DNA from: a virus
DNA length: 64,000 nucleotides
IMG/VR virus record: IMGVR_UViG_3300003322_000872
Location: 612-64,611 of that record
Strand: one strand, 5' to 3'
Part shown: one piece after another, positions 48,223-57,948 of the stretch
Numbering within the stretch: the stretch's first letter is position 1
Layout of the letters: the number at the start of each line of letters is the position of its first letter
The notes under the pieces: model-generated
The model's input: only the letters and a program-made list of their open reading frames with translations
What the model was told of the DNA's origin: nothing
The model's database searches: none
Position numbers and translations under genes: made by a program

Positions 48223-48996
48223 CTATAGCTTTAATTCGCCTTGCGAACGTAGCCAATGTGCAGCAGTATGTCTTGCATCGACATCGACCTTATCTGGATT
48301 CTTTACGACCCATTCAAGATAATCCTTTGGAACTACACGCCACTCCATATCCCTATACTTCTTTAGCCGACAAATACGCTGAAGTACAGGCAAATTTGGA
48401 TCGGATAATCTTGCAAGCTCTTCGATTGGCTTGAGTTCTAGCATCTTCAACAAGATTTCAGTCGTGATGATAACGTCGAACAATGCCCGATGCGGCGCGA
48501 CAGCTTCCGCCGGTAGGTCCGGGGGGACGTAGAAGTTGCGGCCAATGCCCAGGTAATAGCGGAGCTTCTGGTTGCCATAACCGGGTGCGTCGGGATAGAG
48601 GTGGGCCGCGATCCGGTATGTGTCCAACCACCGCGCCGGGTCAGCATAGCGCGTGCCGAGTCGGCACAAGAACCCCCGGTCAAACACAGCATTGTGTGCC
48701 ACCCAATAGTCGGGATCACCGCCGAGCTCTTCATGGGCGGTTTTGATCATCTCAGCTGGTGATGGACAATCGGCTACATCCTCGTCCATGATATGATGAG
48801 TCGCCATTGCATCCACCGGGATTGGCTTGCCGGGGTTACACATCCAACTGTGATATCGCTCATGGCACCAACCGATATCTTTGTCATGGACAATATCGTG
48901 GCAGGCGTATTCAACCAGAGACTCTTGCTCGGGCTCGGTGCCGGTGGTTTCCGTATCGATAATTCTAAGTCGCATCTGCTTTCCTCTCCAGATCAT
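48223..48996 (-). CDS. DEDDh 3'-5' exonuclease (ExoX-like)
   Basis: IIDTETTG, HNAVFD, LDT and HRALFDV; C-terminal KYRD..W..VPKDYLEW. Confidence 0.9.
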   Translation of the reverse strand: MIWRGKQMRLRIIDTETTGTEPEQESLVEYACHDIVHDKDIGWCHERYHSWMCNPGKPIPVDAMATHHIMDEDVADCPSPAEMIKTAHEELGGDPDYWVAHNAVFDRGFLCRLGTRYADPARWLDTYRIAAHLYPDAPGYGNQKLRYYLGIGRNFYVPPDLPAEAVAPHRALFDVIITTEILLKMLELKPIEELARLSDPNLPVLQRICRLKKYRDMEWRVVPKDYLEWVVKNPDKVDVDARHTAAHWLRSQGELKL

Positions 48997-49133
48997 CTGC
49001 CGCGCGCCGCAGCATAGCCGCCCAGTCGCGCATTTGGTTACGGGATGCCTTGCGGCGCTCTAGAGCCAGGGACATCATTTGAACGACCCGGCATAGTATC
49101 TGAAAAATATTTTCCGCCTCTGTTGATTTTGAC

Positions 49134-49207
49134 TTTACATCCATCAGAGCTGGCCTTATGTTGAGTTCAGAAGCGAGGGCATCACCGCCTAGCTCTTAAA
49201 CCGGAGA
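49134..49207 (+). promoter_or_regulatory. Phage early promoter cassette
   Basis: GACTTTACA-N17-TATGTTGAG...AACCGGAG. Confidence 0.75.
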
Positions 49208-49213
49208 ACTAAA

Positions 49214-49783
49214 ATGACCATCGACCTTAACACCCTTTCGCCCAAGACCATCGTCGAGCTGTTTAACCTTGTTGCCGAAAAGCCGACCAAGAAGTTCGAG
49301 TCCAAGACTGTCGGCATCAAGCGCCTTACCGCCGCTCTCGCCGCCGCGAACAGCGAAGTTTTCGAGACCTCCGGCGAATACGATGTTCGGCCGATCCCCG
49401 CGCCGGAGCCGGTAAAGATCGAGGTAGACCATTCGGCATCTAACGCCCTTATCGCCAATGCGATCGCCAACAATCCGGAGCTCGCCGCCATGGTTAAGGT
49501 CGATGAGCCAAAGAAGGCCAGGAAGGCCAAGGCCACCAAGACCGAAGGCAAAAAGCGCACGGGCCGCGTAACCCACCTTACTGGCAAGAAGCTCACGATC
49601 CTGCGGGAAGCCAATCCGAAGCGTCCCGGCAGCAAGTGCAACATCCGTTACGAAGTCTACCGCGAGTCCAAGACCTCTGACGACTTCATCAGGCTCTGCA
49701 CTGAGCGCAATCTCGGCAGCCGCCGCGAAATCCTCGGCGATCTGTCCTGGGACAGCAAGATGCAGTTCATCAAGTTGTCCTAA
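49214..49783 (+). CDS. Basic protein with the 'PKRxGS...DxxWD' domain (paralogue 2)
   Basis: NPKRPGSKCNIRYEVY...DLSWDSKMQFIKLS; highly biased codons. Confidence 0.8.
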   Translation: MTIDLNTLSPKTIVELFNLVAEKPTKKFESKTVGIKRLTAALAAANSEVFETSGEYDVRPIPAPEPVKIEVDHSASNALIANAIANNPELAAMVKVDEPKKARKAKATKTEGKKRTGRVTHLTGKKLTILREANPKRPGSKCNIRYEVYRESKTSDDFIRLCTERNLGSRREILGDLSWDSKMQFIKLS

Positions 49784-49785
49784 CA

Positions 49786-51801
49786 TCATGCAGCCTTCCG
49801 CATCTCAAAAATCTCGCGGTTGCCCTTGCCTCTGTTACGCCGGACCTCTTCGAAAGATAGGGGTTCGGCTTTTTTGTATTCCTCGATCTCTTGGGATGCC
49901 TGACCCCAATTCCATCCATATTGAAGATCAACCTTCATCGGCACCTTAAGGTGCACGACATCGCGCATTATCTCGGCAAACAACGTACCTGTCTTGGCGT
50001 CCCCGATTGGTGCGCATAGCTCATCGTGCATCTGTAGAGCTGGTAGGATACCTGCGCGATAGCACGCTAGCATGGCTAGTTTTGTCTGCCGCGCGGCGGA
50101 GCCTTGGATAAGCCGGTTCATAGCCTTATGCGTAAATGCGCGCCGTAGTCGCTGCCCTGGCCATTGAACACGGGCCTGCTCTATCGGCATGGGTGGCTTG
50201 TATTCGGACTCCTCATCGCGCCATGCCAGCTCATACATATCGAACCGGCAGCGCGCACCATCCAGCAACCGGATATAGCCACGGTTATTAGCCCGCCGCG
50301 AGCAGAACTCGGCCAGCTTCTTAACGAACGGCATACGGATATGATACTGGGCAACGATCTCCTTAGCCTCATCGATCGGAATACCCAGCGACACAGCCAA
50401 CTTAAACAGGCCCATGCCGTACATCAGGCCGAGGTTGATGATCTTGGCCTTCTTACGCTCAATCCCGGTAAGCTCGGCCACCATCGTATGGAAGTCAGCA
50501 TCGGGATTGTTCATGTAGTAATCAACCGCCGCCGTAGACCCCTCCAATTCACACAGGGCGGAGAAGTGAACAGCGAGGCGTGGCTCTTGCTGGCTATAGT
50601 CGCCCGAAGCCCAAAGTGTGTCGAGCTCCGGAAGGAATATCCCCCGGACCAGCGGCGATAGAACCGGATCGCGCCCAGGCATTTGCTGCAACGGGGGATT
50701 GCTGTAGCTAAATCGGAACGATCGAGTGCCACCATCATCGTCCCTAAGCTGATGCACTTCGGCGTGAATGCGACCAAAATGCGTGGAGCCTAGCAGGTAG
50801 CCTCCAATGAACTTTTCAGACATGTTGTTGTATTCACGAGCCGATGCCACCAATCGCGGTAGCCAGTGCTCATGCTTTTCCATCCAGTCCGACTGGAAGC
50901 TACCCTTCTGGGTCTTCGGTGTCTTGGTGTACGGCACCTGCTCTTGCTGGAATGCGCGTTCGAGCGATCCGGGCGAGTTCGCATGCTCCATCGTAAACTG
51001 GCCCCATCCAAGGTTACGGGCCAGCTCATTTAATATCTCATCGCGTTTGGCACGTAGCTGCGCCATGGTGCCGTCAGCCGCGTTTTCATCGATCGGGATG
51101 CCCCGCTTACGCATAGCGAGGACCATGGGGACCAGATCGCATTCCAACCGGTATGCGGCTGTTAAATCCTGCGCATGGATTTCCCCGAGCATGTCTTCCG
51201 CCGCAAGTAGCGTGGAGACCGCGTCTTGTTCGGCATATCCACCGACATGACGAGCCGGGAGTTTGTACATTTCAGCTTTTGGATCGATGCCAAAAGCCGC
51301 CGCTGCTTCGCGAAGAGCATCCTCATCCTTACCGGGGACACCACGCCAACGGCAGATAGCATCCAAGGAATAGGACAATCGATTTTCATCGAGTAATACC
51401 GCCATTGCATGTGTGTCATCTGCCTTGTCGGATGGTATTTGGACGTCTTCGGTTGATAAGCCGCCTTCGTCGTACGAGCGATTTTGAAAGTATACCCGTT
51501 TAGCATTATCGAGGACAGACTGGAGCCAACGGAAGGCTTCGTCGGACGGAAAATTACGGGAGTCAGGATGTCGGACAGGAATGTATGTTGATTTGACTTC
51601 ATTGTTAACCTTCCATGCCAGCGAAAAACCGGCGACATAAAAGTCTTCGTCATTAAATACCCAGCCCGGACCCCTCTTCTTTAGCAGGACGTCCTTGGTT
51701 TCAGTATCCAACGCCACGGGTATCCCACGCGGGATCGTGGGATAATCCTTGGGTTCCTGCCACTTTGTTTCCGGTTCAAATAGGATAAGTTGATCAGACA
51801 A
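49786..51801 (-). CDS. polA: Family A DNA polymerase with 3'-5' exonuclease (Leu762 type)
   Basis: ALDTETK exo I; motif A SGDYSQQEPRL; motif B RKKAKIINLGLMYG; motif C QMHDEL. Confidence 0.95.
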   Translation of the reverse strand: MSDQLILFEPETKWQEPKDYPTIPRGIPVALDTETKDVLLKKRGPGWVFNDEDFYVAGFSLAWKVNNEVKSTYIPVRHPDSRNFPSDEAFRWLQSVLDNAKRVYFQNRSYDEGGLSTEDVQIPSDKADDTHAMAVLLDENRLSYSLDAICRWRGVPGKDEDALREAAAAFGIDPKAEMYKLPARHVGGYAEQDAVSTLLAAEDMLGEIHAQDLTAAYRLECDLVPMVLAMRKRGIPIDENAADGTMAQLRAKRDEILNELARNLGWGQFTMEHANSPGSLERAFQQEQVPYTKTPKTQKGSFQSDWMEKHEHWLPRLVASAREYNNMSEKFIGGYLLGSTHFGRIHAEVHQLRDDDGGTRSFRFSYSNPPLQQMPGRDPVLSPLVRGIFLPELDTLWASGDYSQQEPRLAVHFSALCELEGSTAAVDYYMNNPDADFHTMVAELTGIERKKAKIINLGLMYGMGLFKLAVSLGIPIDEAKEIVAQYHIRMPFVKKLAEFCSRRANNRGYIRLLDGARCRFDMYELAWRDEESEYKPPMPIEQARVQWPGQRLRRAFTHKAMNRLIQGSAARQTKLAMLACYRAGILPALQMHDELCAPIGDAKTGTLFAEIMRDVVHLKVPMKVDLQYGWNWGQASQEIEEYKKAEPLSFEEVRRNRGKGNREIFEMRKAA

Positions 51802-52528
51802 TTTCCATTTCCCCGGCTTCTATAGCAGCAGGAGTCCCGTAAGAATGCATAGGTGTCCAGCCACTATAGCCATCCAGCCGTTCTGGTAAAAGATTGAGCG
51901 CGCCGGAAAGATAGAACTCGCCGTTGGTATGGCGAATATCGGAGCGTATCTGTTCGGCGATGGCTTTGTGGATCGATCCTGCACGATTAAACCGCCAGAA
52001 ACCAGATTGTGCCCAGCTGCCAATACGGTTCTTCTCGGCCACCTCTAAAACTCTATTAACGTCGTCTTTATCCAGACGAACATAGCTATAGATCGGATCA
52101 CCTTGTGGGTGATGATGGACCATGGTAAGGTTGGCATTAGTCGACAAGAACTTAGCCACGGTGTTCGGATGAAACTCCACGTCGCAGTCTGTAATCGCCA
52201 CCGGCTTAGCCGCATTAAGCCCCAACAACCCTCGCAGGACAGTGTGCGATTGACCTTCAGTTTCCCCGGCGATCGATAAAATCTCAACCCGGCCGAGGTC
52301 TTCTTTGAAAATATCAGCAAACCGGTGGTAAAGTTCCTGGGGAACGATGATCCGAATTTGCCAGTCCAACGGAATAGACCATGCAATCCGCTTGATAATT
52401 GGAGCCGAGCTATCCCGCCCGCGCTCCCTTACGTTGATAAGAGCCTTATGTTCTTGATAGCCAGCAGCCTTAAACCGTTCCGACCGACCCATCGCCGGAA
52501 TGATTACCGTACCAGAATAGCTGTCCAT
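51794..52528 (-). CDS. Sugar-phosphate nucleotidyltransferase (NTP_transferase, GT-A fold)
   Basis: IIPAMGRSERF..AGY..HK.LI, GQSHT, DCD, YSYV...VAEK.RI, EFYLS, GTP. Confidence 0.85.
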   Translation of the reverse strand: MDSYSGTVIIPAMGRSERFKAAGYQEHKALINVRERGRDSSAPIIKRIAWSIPLDWQIRIIVPQELYHRFADIFKEDLGRVEILSIAGETEGQSHTVLRGLLGLNAAKPVAITDCDVEFHPNTVAKFLSTNANLTMVHHHPQGDPIYSYVRLDKDDVNRVLEVAEKNRIGSWAQSGFWRFNRAGSIHKAIAEQIRSDIRHTNGEFYLSGALNLLPERLDGYSGWTPMHSYGTPAAIEAGEMEIV

Positions 52529-52971
52529 TTTGTATCTTCCCTTACTCGCTGGATTGTTCTAAGGCTGTCATCAAAATAACAGCCTGGTTCTTCTTGGCCG
52601 TTAAGCCAGTCGATTTTATCTTGGAGTGTTTTACCCCAACGGATATCGGCCGAACCTAACACAGGAAAAGTGTCACGAACAGCATTAACAGTGGCTTCCG
52701 ACGCTGATGTTAGAATCGTCCCACCATTGTTTATCCAGAGCTGCATAACTGGTCCTGGCTTACCTAGCATGCGAATATAATGAGCTGTTATCCAACCTTT
52801 ACGCTGATGGACAGATTCATCGGTCCATTCGCTCCAATGTCGCTCATAGAAATCCTTTGGAGGCTTTACACCGAGAGACTCATAAGCCCACTCGTTAGCG
52901 GCCTTTGTATCAACGATGGTCCCATCCAAGTCCCAAACGAGCTTCATTTTCCAGCCCCAGTACCTTTCCAA
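52504..52971 (-). CDS. HAD-superfamily phosphatase
   Basis: WDLDGT motif I; ILTSAS motif II; K; YFDDS motif IV. Confidence 0.85.
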   Translation of the reverse strand: MERYWGWKMKLVWDLDGTIVDTKAANEWAYESLGVKPPKDFYERHWSEWTDESVHQRKGWITAHYIRMLGKPGPVMQLWINNGGTILTSASEATVNAVRDTFPVLGSADIRWGKTLQDKIDWLNGQEEPGCYFDDSLRTIQRVREDTKWTAILVR

Positions 52972-53656
52972 TCTCGATAGCGACTAACGACGCCCATTTA
53001 CCGAGCGCTGTTACACGGTTATTGTAAGTAGACTCCCGGTATACGATCCGAATAAAATGCATCATACACCAGAACATAGTCCGCCGCAGGGTATTCTCGT
53101 TCATCCCATGGAAGGGATTAAACTGCACATACCCATTGTACAGGAAATCCTCCTTATGTTCATTGGGCGATCCCGCCATGTAGTAGAGCGCTTGCTCCCA
53201 TCCAAGAAACGACTGCATTACCTTCCCTCGGTCCACCGAGGGGTACGGGGGGATGCCGTTTCCGGCTGGCCAAGGATCGATAAAGCGCATGAGTCGCCCA
53301 TTCCAGCGCATGTTGGCTAGTGTCGGGTCGCCGTGGGTAAGGCATGGCTCTTCGTCGATCCACTGCGGCACATTAAAGCTAAATCGTTGCAGAAACCGTT
53401 TGCGCCATTCTCGATGATCGAAAGGGTAGGGATTTGACCGCACCCAGACATGATCTTCGAGGGTCTCCATGCCACGGCACAACAGATCGTGCTCCACCCT
53501 TAAGGGCAGATACTCCATGACGATGAAGCCCTGATCCGAGTTGAATTCGCATCGACCCGTGTGGTAGACATTGGGCGCGATCGACCCCAACAGCTTATTG
53601 TGGGCAACCTCAGTCTCGATCTCCTGATATGGGCCTTCCTTGAGCATCACGGGCAT
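52910..53656 (-). CDS. APH/choline-kinase-like small-molecule phosphotransferase (ORF extends to 53884)
   Basis: IVMEYLP hinge; Brenner-type HGDPTLAN; RFIDP. Confidence 0.78.
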   Translation of the reverse strand: MPVMLKEGPYQEIETEVAHNKLLGSIAPNVYHTGRCEFNSDQGFIVMEYLPLRVEHDLLCRGMETLEDHVWVRSNPYPFDHREWRKRFLQRFSFNVPQWIDEEPCLTHGDPTLANMRWNGRLMRFIDPWPAGNGIPPYPSVDRGKVMQSFLGWEQALYYMAGSPNEHKEDFLYNGYVQFNPFHGMNENTLRRTMFWCMMHFIRIVYRESTYNNRVTALGKWASLVAIEIGKVLGLENEARLGLGWDHR

Positions 53657-54512
53657 CACGGTCGACTTTGACCGGCCGAGGATGTCCGCTGGAGATGAGT
53701 GCTTTCTGCCAGTAGACAACGACTTCTTTACGGGGATGTCCTTTATAAGCTCGATCGACGACGCGCACAAGGCCGGGATGGAGTCTTGCAAGTTTTTCTG
53801 CGTCAGCATCGCTGCTCTCCGTTGTGCGCTCGTCGCTAGCCCCGCCGGGGGCGGCATAGGATTTTTGGCCGACGGCGAAATCATTGGTAAGGACGTTCGG
53901 ATGGCCGCGCTTTAAGAGCTGGAGCGCGACATCCATATCTTCGCGGGTATCGATGCGATCGAACTCTGCGTCTGCCATCACAGTAGGAACATGATAGGCC
54001 AGCGCAAGCATCATCCGATTGCCGCCGGTAAGCCATCCGCCATGGCACTTGTCGTTGCCCTGTCGAGGGCCGAAGCCACCATGCGGAACCTCCGGAGTGA
54101 TCCGCTCCATGAGCTCGTTGATCCAGAAGTTGGTGTGATCGGGATCGGAGTCCAGAAGCCGCCAGTCACCCTTTACCTCCTTGTGCTTCCAGAACCGCGA
54201 CGTCTCCGACCAATAACGATAATAGAAGAACAAATCATCGTCGAGCATCAAGATTTTTTCGAAGCCGTTATCGACTGCGTACCGCATCATCCAAGCACGC
54301 TTGGCAGCAATCCGCATGTTGTCATCTGGTTGAGGAACAACCCAGAGATTACTGTAACCGCGATCGTTAGCCAGCCGGACAAGGTGATCAGCTTCCGATC
54401 TCGGACAAAACATGAACGTCCTGGTCCGCAGCTCCGGCGACAGCGACATAAGCGTCTGCTGGTTTAGCACTCGCCCGCGCGTTGGGATAAAAATTTTGAA
54501 GTTGTCCATCAT
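53610..54512 (-). CDS. GREB1/TAGT-like (base-J glucosyltransferase-related) GT-A glycosyltransferase
   Basis: IFIPTRGR, KRAW, LMLDDDL, REDMD..LQ.L..G, APGG, HPG.V, WQKA. Confidence 0.8.
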   Translation of the reverse strand: MMDNFKIFIPTRGRVLNQQTLMSLSPELRTRTFMFCPRSEADHLVRLANDRGYSNLWVVPQPDDNMRIAAKRAWMMRYAVDNGFEKILMLDDDLFFYYRYWSETSRFWKHKEVKGDWRLLDSDPDHTNFWINELMERITPEVPHGGFGPRQGNDKCHGGWLTGGNRMMLALAYHVPTVMADAEFDRIDTREDMDVALQLLKRGHPNVLTNDFAVGQKSYAAPGGASDERTTESSDADAEKLARLHPGLVRVVDRAYKGHPRKEVVVYWQKALISSGHPRPVKVDRDARDAQGRPISGDRD

Positions 54513-55348
54513 CAGTCCTTCGGCTTGAAGCGGGTGCCGGATGTTTCGCCCGAAGCATACCGACAATATTTGTCCCACTCACACAAGTTATGTTCGATTT
54601 CGAACATGGTCATCTGCGGGCCTAAGCGATCCCTCGCTTTGGCCAACAGATCATTAAGAGTAACCTGTAAATTCGGCGGAATTTCGATACCGACCGTTAC
54701 AGCGTTATCCCGACGTTCCTGGTTGGTCATAGGCTTGTAATTGCCCGCCATACGGGACAGTCCGCGTAGCGCGCCGGGGCCGATATAGGCCCACGACAAT
54801 TCGTCCTCGTACGGTCCCCATAGCCAACGCAGGTCTTGCATCGTTTGATAAGCGACGAATGGGCCGAGGCCTTGTTTCTTGAGAAGCAGAACCATTTCCT
54901 TGGCCGACGATCGCTTTGTTGGCTCCCAATCGATAATTCGCATTGTGAACCCGAAAAGCTTCTCAATCAAGGTCGCTACACCCGGACGATTGTAAAGTCC
55001 CCCCGGCACCATGATCCGATATGCATTAGAGAACAATGGTTTGGTATCCTCAAGGATTTTGAGAACATCCTTCTCGTTGAACCACTCTCCCTCTACAACC
55101 GCCTTTAACGAAGTGGTGCGGTTGAGTAGGCGAAAAAACAAAGCGGCATGAAGCTGTTTCAGACCATTTCCGCCAAGACCTAGAATATAATTCTTGGCCT
55201 CGACAGATGTCCTGTCATCATCGCGAATGACCGAACAGAACTTGTAGGTGTTGATCACCTGATCATCCGACCATGGCCGGGGGGAGCCTTCCTTCCGGCG
55301 GTCAGTCGCGGCCTGTCGCCGCACCATGTATTCTACAATGTCGATCAT
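54512..55348 (-). CDS. aGPT-Pplase / amino acid:DNA transferase-like protein (paralogue 2)
   Basis: PWSDDQVINTYKFCSV.RDDDRT...FRLLN...GPF.AYQ...DL...GPGALRGL...EH.LCEWDKY. Confidence 0.85.
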   Translation of the reverse strand: MIDIVEYMVRRQAATDRRKEGSPRPWSDDQVINTYKFCSVIRDDDRTSVEAKNYILGLGGNGLKQLHAALFFRLLNRTTSLKAVVEGEWFNEKDVLKILEDTKPLFSNAYRIMVPGGLYNRPGVATLIEKLFGFTMRIIDWEPTKRSSAKEMVLLLKKQGLGPFVAYQTMQDLRWLWGPYEDELSWAYIGPGALRGLSRMAGNYKPMTNQERRDNAVTVGIEIPPNLQVTLNDLLAKARDRLGPQMTMFEIEHNLCEWDKYCRYASGETSGTRFKPKD

Positions 55349-55863
55349 GCTCGATTTCCATCACCGCCAAGGATATTGGCTTCCGGCGGCTCGCTCCACT
55401 TCTTCATGAACTCTGGCATATCCGACTCCGGTGCTGGCTCTTCAAGGTTAATTGCCTCGACGATTGCTTTGTCCAAATCCTGATCCCGCTTGGACTCGGC
55501 GATCTTGGCAAACCGAACCACTGCCTCCCGCCGCGATATATTCCAGGCCACTGCCAAGGCGGCGAAGACATCCTTGGTGATGTCGAGAGGATAGACCGGC
55601 TCGGTACAACGATCGGATGCCAATGTGGCATATCCGGCGATATCGTTCCAGTGGTCGGGCTCATTCGGATTGCCGGCGAGAATACGCGACAACTTGTGGA
55701 CGATCATATAGCAGGCATGGCGCTTGGTGTCGTCCAAGATCGGCCAGTTCGATTGGCCCATCAGGATACGCATCATATCCCATGTCGCCGCCGAGTTCTC
55801 GCTGTATTCACCATGCGTACCGGCGCGCGTATTGATCAGTTCTTGTGGGGTTACAGTTCCCAT
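55345..55863 (-). CDS. DUF6378-family protein
   Basis: RAGTHGEY...HKLSRI..GNP...DHW.DIAGYA. Confidence 0.8.
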   Translation of the reverse strand: MGTVTPQELINTRAGTHGEYSENSAATWDMMRILMGQSNWPILDDTKRHACYMIVHKLSRILAGNPNEPDHWNDIAGYATLASDRCTEPVYPLDITKDVFAALAVAWNISRREAVVRFAKIAESKRDQDLDKAIVEAINLEEPAPESDMPEFMKKWSEPPEANILGGDGNRA

Positions 55864-56435
55864 AATGCGATCCTCTTCTTTACATATTGCGATGCTCGTG
55901 CGGCAATCGCTACTTTGAATTGCTCCTCATCGGTCGGGGTTATTTTGGTCCCCACTAACCAACATTGTTCAAGTCGCTCCTCTACCACCTTCCGGCAGCG
56001 GAGAGCGACAAGCCGGGCAAATACGTTGCCCAGCAATTTCTCTTCCTCGCCCCATTCCCACATCTCGATGAATTCGGCGAGCTTAACAGCCCATTTTTCG
56101 TCGGCTGTTACGTCGGGGCCAAGATGCAGGAAGCCCTGCATCCATTGCTCTTGAAGTGACTCCTCCTCCACCCGGTTCATGCCGCCCGCGATATCCGGGT
56201 TATTAGCCTTTACAGGATAGGGTGCGTCGCCGGTCTTAATCTCGCCGCAGTCGTGGCGCACAACGTATGCCATCACATGCGCCGGAACGTCCGGCCAAAT
56301 GCAGAGTAGGATGCGAAGGAGCTGCCAGCTGTGCTCGGCGACAGACTGCTCCTTGATATGTGGCCATGTGTGGTAACGAGAAACCCGTCCGGCCAAGCGG
56401 GCATCATCACGGACTTGTGGAACAATATCGGTCAT
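55851..56435 (-). CDS. HD-domain (YfbR/DatZ-like) deoxynucleotide phosphohydrolase
   Basis: RYHT...QSVAEHS...HD.GE..TGD.P.P.K. Confidence 0.85.
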   Translation of the reverse strand: MTDIVPQVRDDARLAGRVSRYHTWPHIKEQSVAEHSWQLLRILLCIWPDVPAHVMAYVVRHDCGEIKTGDAPYPVKANNPDIAGGMNRVEEESLQEQWMQGFLHLGPDVTADEKWAVKLAEFIEMWEWGEEEKLLGNVFARLVALRCRKVVEERLEQCWLVGTKITPTDEEQFKVAIAARASQYVKKRIALWEL

Positions 56436-56800
56436 TTGACCTCCTCATAGGTCGCCGCGAAAATATCAGGCTTGCACGGATAATGCTCACCCTTCATTCC
56501 GGTGATGATCCAGTCGCCGGGGCAGACAATATGTCCGCCCTCCAGCGTGTCGATCCAGCCGTGATAATGCATTCGAATCCCGCAATATTTACAGGCCCAC
56601 TCACAATCGACTGCAGGGGAGCGATAATATCGAACAATCTCGCCCTCCCAGCCAAGAACCTTGGCTTCAGCACCCGATATTGTGGTGGGTTGATCATCTT
56701 CGATGGCAGGACGATCGTTGGCATAATCGAGTGGGTGGTCGCCGTTCTTAAACCACTGGGTGGCCTCGATCTCAACAGGCTTCTTGCGATATTTGGTCAT
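56432..56800 (-). CDS. Conserved phage protein (KKPVEIEA...GDWII..GE.YPCKPDIF family)
   Basis: Family-typical N- and C-terminal motifs. Confidence 0.8.
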   Translation of the reverse strand: MTKYRKKPVEIEATQWFKNGDHPLDYANDRPAIEDDQPTTISGAEAKVLGWEGEIVRYYRSPAVDCEWACKYCGIRMHYHGWIDTLEGGHIVCPGDWIITGMKGEHYPCKPDIFAATYEEVK

Positions 56801-57930
56801 TTCATCCTCACATCGTCAAAGCGACGAAGCTCCTTGTTCATGCGGCGCGTTATCCACTGGGACGCTGCGATCTTCCAATCAGTCCATTCGCCCTCCTTCA
56901 GCATGGAGAGCGCCTTGCGGTGGTCTTCGCGCCATGCATCGTGCAAGTGTAGCATTGGCTTGGCGATATCATGGAACCAGCCTGAATAGGCCGTTTCCTT
57001 GCCCTCGATGAATTCCTCGCACTGAACGATAAAGTCTTTCGCCGCATCCCGCACTCGCTTGCGGCCGTCGACAGACTTGTAATAATAGTCAGAGTCCATA
57101 CCAAGCAGCGATCGGGGCTGTGCCATTCCATATGTGTACGGGTCCATTGTATCAACCGGCGGCCACACCTGATCGAGGACGTTGAGATAGACGTGGAAAT
57201 TGTTGGAGACTTGATAATATTTACCAAGTCGCATCCCGGCGAGCCCCGCCACTACTTCGGCCATAACCGACATGTGGACAGCATTAGCCCCGTATGTCCC
57301 CCATACTACATCATTCGACCGGCACGACACCGTAGTGTCTAGTTCCCACACAGAGTCCATAGCATTCCATCGACCCCGGAACATAACAAGGTCATTACAG
57401 GGGATATCCTTCTTCTTGGCCCCAAGGTCTATCGCCGGGTCCCACATAGCCATGACCGCTTGGCGCGACAAGGGATCGTTGAAGAGGATTTCACCGCACA
57501 ACGAAATCTGGTCGACCGGGGGGAATTCCCACATTGCGATCTCGTTGCCTTGAGAGTCAGACGTGCTTTCGCCGACACGAACAGCCTCCCCCCGGAAATG
57601 CTTCCGCCAACGATAGCCATATGCACCGTGGGCTTCACCATTGTCCTCGGCGAACCGCGAGGAGAAGTCCTTGACGAACCGATCGAGGTAGGTGGCATCG
57701 CGCCGCCCCGCCAGCATCCAGATCGACTCGAACAAATGAAAGAACGGATTGGCATCCCGATTCGGCTCGAACAATACCCGCTCGTTCGGCCGATAGTAAA
57801 CAGTTGTAACCGGCTCGGACGAAACCAATACATCCCCTGCTCTTGAGGAGCTACGCGATCCACTATGGATGAGGTGCTCCATACCTGCTTTGTATGCGTC
57901 GTTCACATTCCGAGCTTTGATTACATGCAT
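56797..57930 (-). CDS. Thymidylate-synthase homologue, probable dUMP hydroxymethyltransferase
   Basis: ANPFFHLFE..WMLAG, GAYGYRW, catalytic DIPCN, RSNDVVWGTYGAN (Asn implies dUMP specificity), NNFHVY. Confidence 0.88.
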   Translation of the reverse strand: MHVIKARNVNDAYKAGMEHLIHSGSRSSSRAGDVLVSSEPVTTVYYRPNERVLFEPNRDANPFFHLFESIWMLAGRRDATYLDRFVKDFSSRFAEDNGEAHGAYGYRWRKHFRGEAVRVGESTSDSQGNEIAMWEFPPVDQISLCGEILFNDPLSRQAVMAMWDPAIDLGAKKKDIPCNDLVMFRGRWNAMDSVWELDTTVSCRSNDVVWGTYGANAVHMSVMAEVVAGLAGMRLGKYYQVSNNFHVYLNVLDQVWPPVDTMDPYTYGMAQPRSLLGMDSDYYYKSVDGRKRVRDAAKDFIVQCEEFIEGKETAYSGWFHDIAKPMLHLHDAWREDHRKALSMLKEGEWTDWKIAASQWITRRMNKELRRFDDVRMK

Positions 57931-57948
57931 CTGCTATCTCCTTCTTTG

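Noticed and set aside
52910-53656. Antibiotic-resistance aminoglycoside phosphotransferase
   Set aside because: Only the generic kinase fold motifs are shared. The context (HAD, nucleotidyltransferase, GT) points to metabolite or sugar activation.
56797-57930. Canonical thyA or dCMP hydroxymethylase
   Set aside because: The RSND..WG..GAN signature with Asn, the neighbouring dCTP deaminase and the aGPT-Pplases fit dUMP hydroxymethylation better. This is not proven without an assay.
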